From Bilabrum cf. latius (taxonomy: Eukaryota), in the NCBI GenBank assembly GCA_965178125.1, contig OZ237745.1, positions 1,240,001-1,304,000 of the forward strand: DNA of 64,000 bases, read 5' to 3'. The position numbers were made by a program, and so were the translations under genes. Each line of letters begins with the position of its first letter. Position 1 is the first letter of the stretch. Of this stretch, positions 25,223 through 37,478 are shown piece after piece. Below the pieces are notes generated by a model, which was given only the letters and a program-made list of their open reading frames with translations, was not told the origin of the DNA and searched no databases.

Positions 25223-28200
25223 ATGTTACACAGTGCACATGGTAGGCTGCTCAGTTAGTTTCTGCTGCGGGGGATGTTGCAAAGCGGTCGACGTGGCACA
25301 ACCGGAGTGCCCCAACACCTGAGACGCCGTAATTTCAGCTCTGCTCTGGTATAGAGCAAAGGTTGCGGCAATATTGTAGTGCAGCCGGCCATTCAGGTGG
25401 CACGCCTGGCTCCTGCTTCTGCTCGCTCGCGCTGCGGATAGCTGCTGCTGTGGGGAATATCGAGAAGCTGCGCTGGCGAAGCACGCCGTCCAAGTGTTGA
25501 AGTAGGCACAAGTCCGCGGTAGAAATCAGATAGTCTTAGAAAGTCAGCGGGTGTCCTGAGAGCAGCTTCGCTCCATCTGCTGGGATGGACAGCAGATCAC
25601 CCGGCAGAGACAGCAGTTGCCGCTGCGCTCGATCAATACGGCGCTGAAGATGCCGAGCAGCTTTGGAAAGCCCTGTTGGACAGTGTCCCACCCGGTTTTG
25701 CCAGTATTTAGGGCTATACGCGTCCTCTTCTGTCCAGGCGATCGTACGAGTTGCTCGTAAAGTCGCTCGGGAAGGCTGCCCTGCGAGAAGCGATGCGACA
25801 GGACACAAGCCATACGACTGTGGTGTGGGCCGCTCGGCTACAGGATTTGGTAGAACACATCGCCAGATCACGGGTGCTGCTTCCTTCTCAAGACCGAGCC
25901 CGCGCTTCAGTGGCCGCGGAGCTGCTGTTCCGAGCGAGGGGCTGCCTCCTCAAGGCTCGCCGCGAGCAGATTCGAGCCGATCGGGCGAGCGGGAGGCAGG
26001 GCGGAGGCGAGGGTAAGGGACGCAAGTGGGCTATCCCGGGGTTAAAAGCGCGCAGCCCCGCTGACCTCGAGTCCATGGCTCGCATGCGGCTGGCTGCGCG
26101 GGCGGCCGAGACTGCCAAGCTGGAGGCTGGGCTCTCGAGCGGGGGCCACGGCAGCGGTGGGCCTGCGCTATCTGGCGCTGGGGATGTGGCAGGGGACAGG
26201 GGCATGCGGTTCCCGCGAGCAGCGGTCCGGCGGGAAATGGTGCGGATCGTGGAGGAGGCAACTGGTGGAGATGCACTGCATGGTGGCGCAGAGAGGACAC
26301 TACGCGAGCTGAGTCTGCGCCCTGGCGATGTGGGTGAGTTTGCGCGGCTGCTGCTGGAAGAGGGGGCGGAGGCGGAAGCGAGCGGGGGTGGTGGAGCAAG
26401 GGGGAAAGGAGAGGGAGAGGGAAAGGGGCAGGGGCAGGGCACAGTCGATCCGACAGGCCGAGTGCAAGAGGATGGTCAGCTGCAGGTTGGACAGAGGCAG
26501 GAGGCGAAAGAGCGGGTCAGGACGGGGATCCCTCGGCCAATGGGGCACCCAGGGCTGCCTGTCTCGCTGCTGCCTCCCGAGGTAGAGCTGCCCGTCCCCT
26601 CCTCCTCCGCCTCCTCCCCTCTTTCGGGTGAGGACCCAGTTCCCTCGTTGGAAGGACACAGAGAGCCCTATGACGCGCTGCTCAAGCCCTTCGGTCTGCT
26701 TCCCCACCATGCCCACGATTACCAGCCGAGGGCAGGGGGGCAGACAGGTGGATCGACCACCAGCAGTCGAGATGCCGACAGCCCGCCCCCATCCCTCGTG
26801 CCCTGCGGCGCGTCCCTGGGTCCCAGCGACCCCGTCACACTGCTTCGTCAGCAATTCGCTCCCTCTGACGCCGCGGCCTTTTTGGAGCAGCAGTGGCTCG
26901 GCTGGGCAGAGGCAAGGGAGGCCGCCCTGGGTCGACTGCAGGCACAGGGCAAGAGCGTGGAGGAGGCGCACGGTGCGCTGCCCGCCGCTCTGCAGCAGCC
27001 GCCCCCGCCCCCTCGGTGGGCGTGTGAGTTTGACCCCGAGGCTCACGGCGACTCGCTGCAGGCCGCTGTGGGAAGGGCGCTGGCAGAGCTCGCCCGGGCC
27101 CGCCCCACCGAAGCCATGGCTCTCGGAGCCAGCCCGGAGGAGTTCCCCGCCAGCTGCTCGGCGCTGATGCATCGCACTGCAGTACTCGCTGCGGTGGGCA
27201 AGAGAGGCAGGCCGCTCGATGCATGCGCCGCCCAGCTGCTGGCCCAGGCAGCGACGGAGACGGCCGCCCGCCAGAGGGACTGGCAGTTAGTGCGCGCGCT
27301 GACCAGGCGCATGGCAGCCGGCCAGCACGCGGCGACGGGAGGTGGGCTGCAGCGGGGCATTCCTCTGGCGCCGTCGAGCGGGGCGGCGGCTCGGTGGTCG
27401 AGGGCGTTGCGCAGAAGGGGCCGCGGGCAGGAGGCGATTCGGGTGCTGCAGGCGCACATGGACGCGGGGGGCCGCGTGTCTCACGCGACTCTCGTGGCTT
27501 CTCAGCGGGCAGCCCTCCTCGCGTGGGACGGGGAGGCCAGCGCGGCGGCGTGGCGGGCACACGTGCGCGGCATTGGGGGCGCCCCTGGGCTAGCGGCTCC
27601 CACGTCCTCTCCCCCGGGGGTGGAGGCCTACGAGATCCGCATGGCGGTGTTGGCCGCTGATGGGGACAGGGGGGCGGCGCTGCGGCTGCTGGACGAGGCC
27701 CAGAGGTTGGGGCTGCCTCCTACGGGCAGGCTGTACACGGGTGCTGCCGCTGCGTTGGCAGCCGCTGCTGGTGCGGGGCGGCCCCAGGGCCCCCGTGCTG
27801 AGGCGGCGCTGGTGGCCTCTGCGGGTCTCTCCAGGGAGGTGCAGGGGCCGCAGGGGCGGGGCAAGGGGCTCTCGCGCCCCACCAAGGTGTAGGTGCTGTT
27901 GGCGCAGGGGGCGGTGGGGAGGGCGGTGGCTAATGTGCTGACGCTGCTGGACGACTTCATTGCCAGGAGGAAGGAGCGCAGGTCGGTGGTCGGCATCCGC
28001 AGCGGAGCTCTCGCGCCGCTGACCCTGCAAGAGGTGCAAGCGCTGCTGGCGGCTGCTGCGCTAACCACTGCGGCTGGGGCTCGGGACGATCTGACAGCGG
28101 AGGTACTGCGGGACTATGCCGGGGAGTTGGGCGCACTGGTCGAGGCGGAGCGATCCCTCGTGGGTGGATCCAACGGGGTGTAGGTAGACGACGCAGACGG

Positions 28201-31200
28201 GCACGGTGGGGCCGGGGGCGTCGACGAGGAAGAAGGAGTCGGCTCACGGGTGGGCGTGGATAGCGGGGCGTGGGCGGCCATCCGGGAGCAGCAGCCACAC
28301 TCGTCACCTGATGGATCGCCCGGGGACCTCGTTGGCCCTGCCTCGTGGGTAGCAGCGCCGCCTCCAACCCTCACGGCAGCGTTGGCAGCAGTGACGTCAG
28401 CGTCTACGTCATCCCGGGCCGGTGAGTCAATCCGGCGATTGGCTGCCCTGCGTCGAGGCCTGCTGCGGGAGACGGGTGTCCTCGAGGAACAGCCCGGGGA
28501 GCAGGCCCTGCTTGGAAGGGAGCCTCGCTGGTGGGAGGCCTTGGAGCGACAGGCGCTCTGCGTGGGCGCGGACGTGGGCAAGTGGCCCGCGCACGTGACT
28601 GCACTCAAGGCGCGGGGGCTGTCGGGGGCGTGGAGCGACGGGCGGCCTGGGTTACGGTCGTCAGCCCTTGCTCTCCGGCAGCGCCTCGTTGGTCTTTCTG
28701 AGGCACCTCTGGGCATCAACAGTTCAGGAGCACCCTCCGTGGAGGAACAACAGGTAGTGGGCGCGCTGGCCCAGGCCTGGGGGCAAGAGGCGGGCACTCG
28801 CTCAGGAGAGGGGCACACAACGGGGAGGGCGCCGAATGTCAGCGCAGATGTCCTGGAGGCAATCGTGGGGGCGGGCCGAGGCAGCGCACAGGCCGACTGG
28901 GGCGTCGATGAGGGGGGTGACGTGCTTCAAGAAGGGGCAGCGAGAGCAATGCGGGCGGCACAGGCGCTCAGGAGGGCTGGCGGTCTGGCGGTGCTGGGCT
29001 GTGCGGAGGCCACGCGCGCGGGTGGTGCGCCACCCGCCTCTAGCGAGCACACGGCCACACGAGAGGACAGTCAGAGGGATGCCTCAATCATCGCATGGCT
29101 GGAGGGTAGTACTCAGTCGAGCGAGGATGGCAGCAGCAGCAGCAGCACTAGTCCAAACCTGGACCGTGTCGACGAGCAGCTGCTGCGGGCTGCAGACCTC
29201 GCGGATGCCGGCGACGTGGGACCAGCGGCAGCGCAAGTAGTCCGCGCACTCATGCGATGCAGTATGGCTGCTGCAGAGCACTAGCTTGGCTCGGGCACTC
29301 CTGAGGGACAGAATGATGATTCGTCATCTGTGACTGCGCCCGGGTGGCCGCTGGGGCTGCAAGGTGCACCCGTGTCTGCTGTGCGCTGGGCCGTCGCCAC
29401 GATGCTTGCGCAGTCTCCTCCTCAGGGAACAGACGCGCTGGCCCTCCTCGAGGAGGTCGAGGGCGACTGGGCCGCCCGTTGCCAGGCGCTCGCCGACGGC
29501 TGGAACGGCCTCGGGATCCGCGATGACGGGCCCGTTGAGAGTGCATTGCCGCAGTGCCCGCAGTGCATCCCCGTGGCTAGCGTGCTGCCTGTGTGTCCCT
29601 CCGTGCCCCTGGGTGCTGTGGGTCTAGCGATGGGCACCACGGGGAAGACCCTGAGGGCGGAAGAGTCGGACACTGACGTGCCGCTAGCAAGCGAGCAATG
29701 GGGCCATGGCACAGGCAGCCGGGAGCAGGGACAGGCAGACGTCGCTCGGCGGTGGCTGACGGATGCCCGGGCTGCCTGTAGAGCCGCATGGCGAGACCTC
29801 TAGGCAGGAAGGCATGCCGTGAGTCCGCCCGCGCTGAGGATCTCCGAGATATCCGGTGCGCTGGCCGCTGCTCGACGCGCGGGGGACAGCCAGCTGGCCG
29901 TCTCTGTGCTCCGGATTGCGCTTGGCGCCGATGGTGCGGATGGGTGGCCCGGGCTGGTGGCTGCGAGTCTCGAACTGCAGGCCAGGGCTGCTGCCACTGC
30001 AGCTGTGCTGCTGACGGGCTCCCCCGTGCCCCAGCACCTGGACCACGTGGGGCTGGGTCCCCTGAGGGAGGCGGCACGGCGCGCACACACGCTGGCTGCC
30101 GGGACGCAGGCGCGCGAGGAGGCGATGGAAGCACTGGGGCGGAGAGCCGCTCGGGTGGCGGAGCATGCTGCAGCTGCAGGGCAGTCCAAGCAGGCACTGC
30201 GGACGTGGACACCGACGCTGGCCGACTTCCGCTCTGGCCTGGACGCTTGTGTGAAGGCAGGATCCGAGGACGATGCCCGGGAGGTGCTGCGGTTGCTGTA
30301 GCGTGCCCAAGGCGGTTCTGTTCCGATTCCCGCCGAGATCGTGGACTCACTGCACGCGGAAGGAGGAGGTTTCCAACAGCTGGCGCTAGACGCTGCGCGT
30401 GGCGCGCTCGATGAGCGGCCTGCAAGTGAAGGAACGGGCTAGCTGGGCTCGAGCGATGCTGCTCCTGGCCTGAGCGAGGCCAGTGATGGAGAGGCTGAGG
30501 AGGAGGAGGAGGAGGATGAAGACGATGCCTCTGCCGATGACTTCCTGTCGCTATCAGACTTTGAGGAAGAAGAAGAAGATGAAAATGAAGAAGACGGCTT
30601 GGACGACGGGGGTTCATCCGATTCGGAGCAAGAAGTTGCAGGTGGTATGGGATCTGAATCTGACTCTGACTCTGACTCTGACTTGGTCGCAGAGGCAGAG
30701 GCAGATAGTGGCAAGACTCCGGCCGTTGTGCAGGTGGACGCGAGCGGTTCAGAACATGAGCAGGTAAGGCAAGCCCTGGCCGCCTACGGTCTCGCTGGGG
30801 CTTCAGCTCCGGGGAGCGATGCATTCAGCCAGGTGCCCGCGCGTCGGGGGGTCCTCTTTGGGGAGGCGCCTGGGGCTTAGGCGGGAGCCGTGAAAGTGTT
30901 TCCCGGCGCAACTGCTGCTGAACCGTCTGCCCCAGGGGCCATAGGCGCTGGTGAAGCCATTGAAAGCGCAGCGATGGCGGTGCGTGGCGGTGGCGAGGCT
31001 GTTGGCGACATCGACACTGAGAGGGACAGGGACGGTACCCCCACGAGCAGCCGCGCACGTGCCCGTGCCTGGGCCTAGGCCCTGGAGGGGGCTGCCATCC
31101 GCGCGCTGAGGAGGCACGGGGGAGAGGAAGGGCTGGCGGAGCAGATGGACTCTATAGTCGCGCGGGGAGATACGTGGTCCATTGCGAGGGAAGCTGTGGA

Positions 31201-31591
31201 GGCGGCCGGTAGGATCACTGGGAAGCGGCGGGCGCCCCGGCGGAGGGTGGACCAGATGCCTCCCGCGGTGCCGGAGCCGGTGGACTTGGAGCCTGTGGGC
31301 GAGGCAGCAATTGGCGATGCACCTGCATGCAGCAGGGGGCGGCTCGTGCTGCAGGGAGCCATGGTGGAGGCGGTGGCGGCAGCGAGCGGGCTCCGCGTGG
31401 TGGACTTGCTTAAGGTGTGCAGCGCGGCTGGCGTTAAGGTCTCGGAGAGGCGAAGGGACGCCATGCTGGCTGCGCTCGGCGAGCACGCTGCCAGGGTAGC
31501 CCTGCGAGATGCGTACAGCAGCCGGCACAGTGCCGTGGGTGGAAGCCAGCTCGCGGGCGAACTGGACTCGAGCCAGGAAGGGCGGCAGTGA
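25223..31591 (+). CDS. Large (~2,100 aa) helical-repeat protein with degenerate PPR-like motifs and a probable mitochondrial presequence; about 13 in-frame TAGs
   Basis: One frame is broken only by TAG until TGA 31589-31591. PPR-like units: EAYEIRMAVLAADGDRGAALRLLDEAQRLGLPPTGRLYT and TLADFRSGLDACVKAGSEDDAREVLRLL. N-terminus MLHSAHGRLLS..LLRGMLQSGRRG..LRRRNFSS. The start could be 25199, 25223 or 25274. Confidence 0.65.
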
Positions 31592-31808
31592 CCCGTTCGG
31601 ATGCAAACTGTGTGTCGATCTACTGTGCTAAGGCACGGCGTGCTTGAGCTGAATTCATGAGTTGTACAGCTACATCGAAACGGCCACACTCTTCCCTCTC
31701 ACTGCAACTTACTTGGCAGCCCCGACTAGTAGTCCGAACCTTTGCTCAACTGCACGTGTCACACTCACCTGTGTACAAGCAGCTCAGGACTTTCCTGTTG
31801 GGAGATGC

Positions 31809-34800
31809 TCAATCGAAGATTCTAAACTGCAGGCTCAGCAGCTCAGAGTCCTGGCCACCTGACTGCTGCTCGGCCGCTGTGCTGCTGCTGGCGGAGCCCT
31901 GCCCCGGCACCTGCGTCGACTGGGAGGCTCCCGGTGCCTGGCGCACTGCAGCGGCGGCTGCCGTGGCCTCGTCGTCCATGTCTCCCATGGCTCCGAGCAG
32001 TCCACCCGTCCCAAACAGGTCGCTCGTGCCAGAATCGAAGAGGCCGCCGCCCCCACTGCCAGTGCCGCCGGCCGCAGCCCCCATCGGCGGGCTTGCCCTG
32101 GTGGCGGCGGGGTTGGGAACGGTCAGGCCGGCGCTGGCGCTGGCCATCCCGCCGCCTGAGCCGCCCCCTCCTGGCAGCGAGGGCGCCAGCATGCCCCCCT
32201 CCGGCTCCCCCAGCGAGGACCCAGCGCCCAGGGCGGCCAGCGCGCCCGATGGGCCCGAGTGCCCCCCCCACAGCGAGCTCATCTCGAACAGGCGGGAGGA
32301 GTCCTGCACCCCAATGCCCGCGTCCGCCCCGTGCCCCGTGCTCCCGCGAGGCACCGGATCGAAGCCAGCCACGGCAGAAGCCGGCTGGTAGCCCCCAGAC
32401 ATCACGGGACGCTCGCGCTCCACCGGCTGCTGCTGCTGGTGGTGGTGGTTGTTGTTGTTGTGGTGGTGCGGCTGGGGCACGTGGGCCGAGGGTCCGCCGC
32501 CCACGGTCAGCGCGCCGAGGCCCGGGGTCAGCTGGCCCAGCCCGGTGGGAACGGGCCCCAAGCTCGTGCCCGATGATGCCCCGAGCAGCCCCGCCCCTCC
32601 CGCGGACAGCGGACCGCCCCTTCCCGCGGGGGACTCGCGCGCCGCCCCCATGCCCGAGCGACCCACCGGCGGGGTGGCGCTTGTGGGGGCGCCGGGCGTG
32701 GCCCTCTGGGGTGCCACCACTGCTGCGGCGGCGGCGGCGGCGGCGGCCTGCAGGTGGTGCGGCACGTCCTCGCCAGATCCCGTCCCCGCTCCAGAGACAG
32801 ACGCGCCCAGAGCCAGCCCTTGGCTCGGGCCAGATGGCGGGTCCCACGCCCCCCCGCGCGCCCCACCTGGAAGGCCCAGCCCTCCTGCCTCCCGGGCCTG
32901 GTGCCGGCTGCGGCGAGCTCCCGGCGTGGCCACGTGCCCGCCCATCCTCTGTTCCCTGGACTTGGACTCCTCGTGGGGGCCGCCACGGGCTGAGGCGGCG
33001 CTAGAGTGCTGCTACTGCTGCTGCTGCTGCTACTGCTGCTGCTGCTGCTGCTGTCTGGCTGCCTGCCGCTCCCTTCGCTTGGCGGCGTTGGCCCGGCGGT
33101 CCGACCGCGCGTCAGAGGCAGAGGCGGACGCGGGCTTGGCCTGTCCCGAGGCAGCCGTGAGGGGAGCTGCGCGCAGAGTCGCCGGGCCTCGCGACACGGA
33201 GGGGGTTGCAGCTTCCTGGGCGGCTGCTGACCTGCGCTGCGCAGCACCCTGCGTGGCTTTGCTGGCGCCAGCTGCCGGGGCTGTGGTGGCCACAGCCGCA
33301 CTGCCGCGCTTCTTCTGCGCCGCCTCCCTGTCCCTGGCCGCCTGCTGCTGCTGCTGCCTGGCCTTCTGCTGCTGCTCTTTCGCCTGCTGCAGCCTGAGGG
33401 CCTTGGCCGCCTTCTTGGCTTCTTTCTGGGCCTCCCGCTCCTTCTTCTTCCGGGCCTTCTCCTCCTCCTTGCGACGGGCATGCGCCTCCTGCTGGTGTCG
33501 CGCCTCCCGCTCCGCCTGCTCCGCCTGCTCCGCAGCCAGGCGGGCGTCCTCAGCAGCCTGCAGCGCCTCCTGCCTCGCCTCGTCCCGGGCCCGCTCCTCC
33601 TTGGCCCTCCGCTCCTTCTCTTCTTTCGCCTTGGCCTCCCTGGCGCGGCGCTCCTCCGCCTCCTCCTCCTGCTTTTTCTTGGCGGCCGCTTCCTCCTGCC
33701 TTTTCTTCTCCCTGGCCGCCACCTCCCGCTCGTGCTTCTTGGCCTTCTGCCGCGCCTGGCGCTCCTGACGGTTCAGCTCCTCGGCGGCCTTGCGCTGCTC
33801 GTCCTCCAGCAGCGCCGAGCGCAGGGACTTGGCGTGCGCCTCCCTGCGCTCCTGCAGGCAAGCGTCCACGATGCGAACCAGCAACGCGCTCACCACCGCG
33901 CTCTCGAGGTGCCCCTGGATCCCACGGCTCGCGTCCTCGTGCCGGTTCTCCGTGACGGCACGCCCCACCACCCGTAGCTCCTGGCGGGCCCCCCTTGCGA
34001 GAGTTGAGGTCCAGCGCAGCAGCATGGACAGCAGGCACGGGGCCGCAGCGTCCTCCAGGTACCAGAAGCGCTCCCTGTCGTCGCGGCGGAAGCGCACGTA
34101 GGACAGGTGCCCGTCGTTGCTGATGATGGGCCACACCCCGTCCCGGTGCAGATTGCAGCCGACCATCCCGCGGAGGCTCAGCCACAGGGGCTGGCAGTCG
34201 ATCACGTCGCAGGTCTCTGAGGCGGTGAGCGAAGCCACACGGGCGCGCTCGGCCGGTGGCAGCGACTCGTAGTAGCTCATCCACACGCTGGGCTGGGTCA
34301 CCAGCACCGACAGGATCTGCGCGGGGTCGCTCTGGCAGGTGCGGAAGAGCCAGGGCTGCTCCCACCACCAGAATGCGTCCTTGGGCCGCGGGGGCAGCGG
34401 GGTTCCGTCCGGGCTCAGGGAGTGCACCTGCGAGGACGCCGAGGACCGTCCCCCTGCCGAGCGGTAGTCGTCGTCCTCGGCCCCGTCAGCGGCGCTGCTG
34501 GCGCGGTCGTCAGAGGGTCGGCTCGCGGCCCCGCTCAGCCCGTCGGCGCGCCCTGTGGCAGAGGCAGCCGCGGCCCGGAAGCCACCCGAGCCCTCGCCCG
34601 CTCCGAGCGACCGCAGGCGCAGCAGCATGCCTACCGCGCCGTGCGTTGCCGCGAGCGGGGACCGCACGCTACCTGCGATGGGACGAGGGGCGCCGGTCAT
34701 GCCCCCCGCAGCGGACGAGGCGCCCAGGGCACCGCGCCGCGCCCGGCCCGCGCCGGCCCCGTGCCCTCCCCTGCGCCTCGAGGAACTCCCTCCCCTAGAG

Positions 34801-36512
34801 CCCACGGACCGGCCCTGGCTGCGGCCCCTGGCGCCGTGCCCGTCGGGCCCCTCGGCGGGTCCCCCCGGGCCACCCCCGTGCGTCGAGCCGTCCCCGTCCA
34901 GGCTGTCCCCGTCCGAGTCGCTCTCGGGCCCGATGCCGTCGCCGTCCCCGCCCGGGCGGTTCGGCACCACCGCTGCTGCCCTCACACCCGCGAGGGCAGC
35001 GAACGAGCTGGCAGCCGCCGCCGATGCCACGCTCGAGGGGACGCCCCCACTCCCTGAGGCCCCGTCCGCGGCTGCCAGTGCCGCGTCGGGTGCAGCACTG
35101 TGCGCCCCCGCGACTCCCGCCGCAGTCCCCGCCGCCACGCCTCGCAGCACCGCGGCCCCCACCGTCGCTCGGAGGGCGGCACCGCTGTCGCCTCCACCGC
35201 TGCTGCCGCCGCCGCTCACCCCCAGCAGGCCCGCGGCCGCGCTCCCGCCCCCGCCCCCGCCTAGAGTAGGTGTGCTGGAAGGCAAGCTGAGCAGCGAGTC
35301 CAGCGTGGGGCCCCCGTGCGCGGAGGAGGAGTGCGAGTGGGAAGACCCGCCACCGAACTGGCTCGCAGCCGAGGGCCCGCCCGCCTGCATGGCCGCAGCC
35401 CGGCCCACGGCGGCTTCCACCTGCTGAGCGGCTGCCTCGAGTGCCTCCGAAGAGGCCCCCGGCAGGCTCGGCCCCCCCGCGGTGGAGGAAGAGGCACCCA
35501 CACCAGGCATGCACGAGGCCCCCGCCAGCCTCGTGTGGTTGGCCCGGGCCTGCTGCCGCACGAGCCGCAGAGCCTTCTTTAGGTTTGCGGCAAAGACCGT
35601 CTCCTTGCCCGCGTCCGTTTCGTCCATCCGCACTGCCTCGCTGAGTGCCCTCTCGTCCTGGGGCAGCGTGTCGGGCACTCGGGGCAAGAAGTAGTCCGTG
35701 CCCAGCGCATGCTCCACGTCCCGGTCGAAGATCACGGAGGGCGGCTTGTCTGCGTCCGCCAGCCGCTCGAACATGAGGCTCACCGGCTGGGAGAGCCACG
35801 CGTCCCGCATGCGGTCGATCGCCTCCGCCACCAGCGCGTCAGTGGCGCGCTGGTCCACGAGGGCGGCCGCCACGTCCTCGTCCTCGTCCTCCAGCTGGTC
35901 CGCCAGCATCTCGCGCATGGCCTCGCCCATGACCCGCTGCATGAAAGGCGCGCGCTTGCTGCGGCGGCGGCTCCCGTCGTCCCCCGCCCTCTCTTCAGCC
36001 TCCCTGGCCGCCTGCTGCACCTCGAGGAGCGCCTCCTGCTCGCATGCCTCGAACACGCACACGCTAACCGTGTCTACCAGCACGTCCCGGCGCAGCGGCT
36101 CCTTGAGCACCAGAGCAGAGGCATACCTGAGCACGAGGGCGCGCTTTTCCACCCTGGACAGGCGCCCGTAGAGCGGGCACTTGGCCGTGAGGTGCGCGTT
36201 GTCCTTGAGGAGGATGCGGTCCAGGATGATGTGCACGCCCTCCTTGATCAGCAGCCACTGCTTGCCCCCGCCCCAGTCAGTTTTGGAAGATACGACCACA
36301 GGGAGCGGGGCATTCATCTGGCCCGGGTGGGGGTGGTGAGGGTGCACGTGCGGGGACAACGGGTGCCCCACAAGGTCTTGCACCGGAAGGCCAGTCCCAG
36401 GCTCCATCGGACCCGCAAACCCCACGGCCCCATGGCCATCTGGAGACTGTCGCACTGGAGGGGGCTCTTCCGGTCCAAACGCTGCCTGCCGGAGCTTGTC
36501 TCCGGGCAGTTG
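31809..36512 (-). CDS. Hypothetical large protein with a long K/E/R/Q coiled coil, polyQ and low-complexity tracts (main exon; the 5' exon is probably upstream)
   Basis: ORFs 33030..36455 and 31809..32945 share a frame and join through TAGs 33030 and 33012 inside a CAG tract. Ends at TGA 31809. A branch/acceptor-like CACTAAT..CCCGCAG ends at 36513, but the upstream exon is not resolved. Confidence 0.7.
33009..33053 (-). repeat. Coding polyQ tract (CAG)7-TAG-(CAG)5-TAG-CAG
   Basis: Read directly in the frame of the 31809-36512 gene. Confidence 0.9.
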
Positions 36513-37478
36513 CTGCGGGCGTTGAAAGGAATTAGTGCACCGGGAGGTTTGTTGGGTTCATCAATCCGGCACCTGCACATGTCACAGGCCGCAGAACAAC
36601 CGTGCCCATCGCGAGTCTACCTCAATTCGTAATCGTTGAATCACGCGAAAGTGTCCGCATGGGGGATCTGGCAGTGTGTCACTCCCAATGCACAATGCTT
36701 GAGCTGGGGCATCCGGCGGCATTGCCTTTCCCAGACACCCATCCCCACCATGGGACAGCAAAATCAGTATGGCATGGCAAATAGTATCATAATGTGCGGG
36801 TGAAAAACTACCCTTACCGCTGGATTGCTCATTCTGGCCGACGAATCGATTTCCTTGGCGTGGTATCGAAGTCAATCGATTTTGCTGGCGCCAGATCAAG
36901 CCGACCGCCAAATCTAGCTAGACTAAATGCCCACTGGTTTCAAATCAGTGGCACCGTATCGCCGACTCTGCTATGTGCTGCGCAGAAACACTGAAGATGT
37001 CCTCACTGGAAGAAAACGATTATTTTACAAAAGGCACACCTTACAAGAAAAGCCCCCGGTAACCGGTCAGCTTGTCCGCCACTCTAAACGACACATTCAT
37101 GATAGACACCCTATCGCGCATATATTCTCCGGTAAAGGTACATGCAGGGCATCAGATCTGCATCCGTACCTAATGGTGTGAAGGGTAGCCACTTCACGCT
37201 GTGCGCCGATGGGAAGGGAAGCTTCGGCGCTGCGGCAGTAAGCCACTTTGGGGACTGGGACACGCCCCCCTTGCTGGAGCAATTATAGTGACGAGGCCAA
37301 TGTATCAACTTAGTGCACATCCGGGCTATGATGAGAGAAGAGAGGCTATTCCCATGGACGGAGGCCCGGAACTTGCCTCGCGTGGACAGACGTGAGCGAA
37401 GCACACGCTACAAAGGTATCGTTTACGGGTGATGCTGGCGAGCTTCAGAACGAGCACTGAGTCGTACGAAAGTCAAAT

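Noticed and set aside
24462-30682. Hexamer repeats (GQ, SD and similar) as CRISPR or mobile-element signatures
   Set aside because: They are short coding microsatellites without spacers, terminal repeats or transposase genes.
4120-36632. Many long antisense or overlapping ORFs in the ORF track (e.g. 4215..5606, 18120..20114, 23429..25216, 32449..33768)
   Set aside because: These are shadow ORFs expected at high GC. They have no recognisable domains and overlap well-supported genes.
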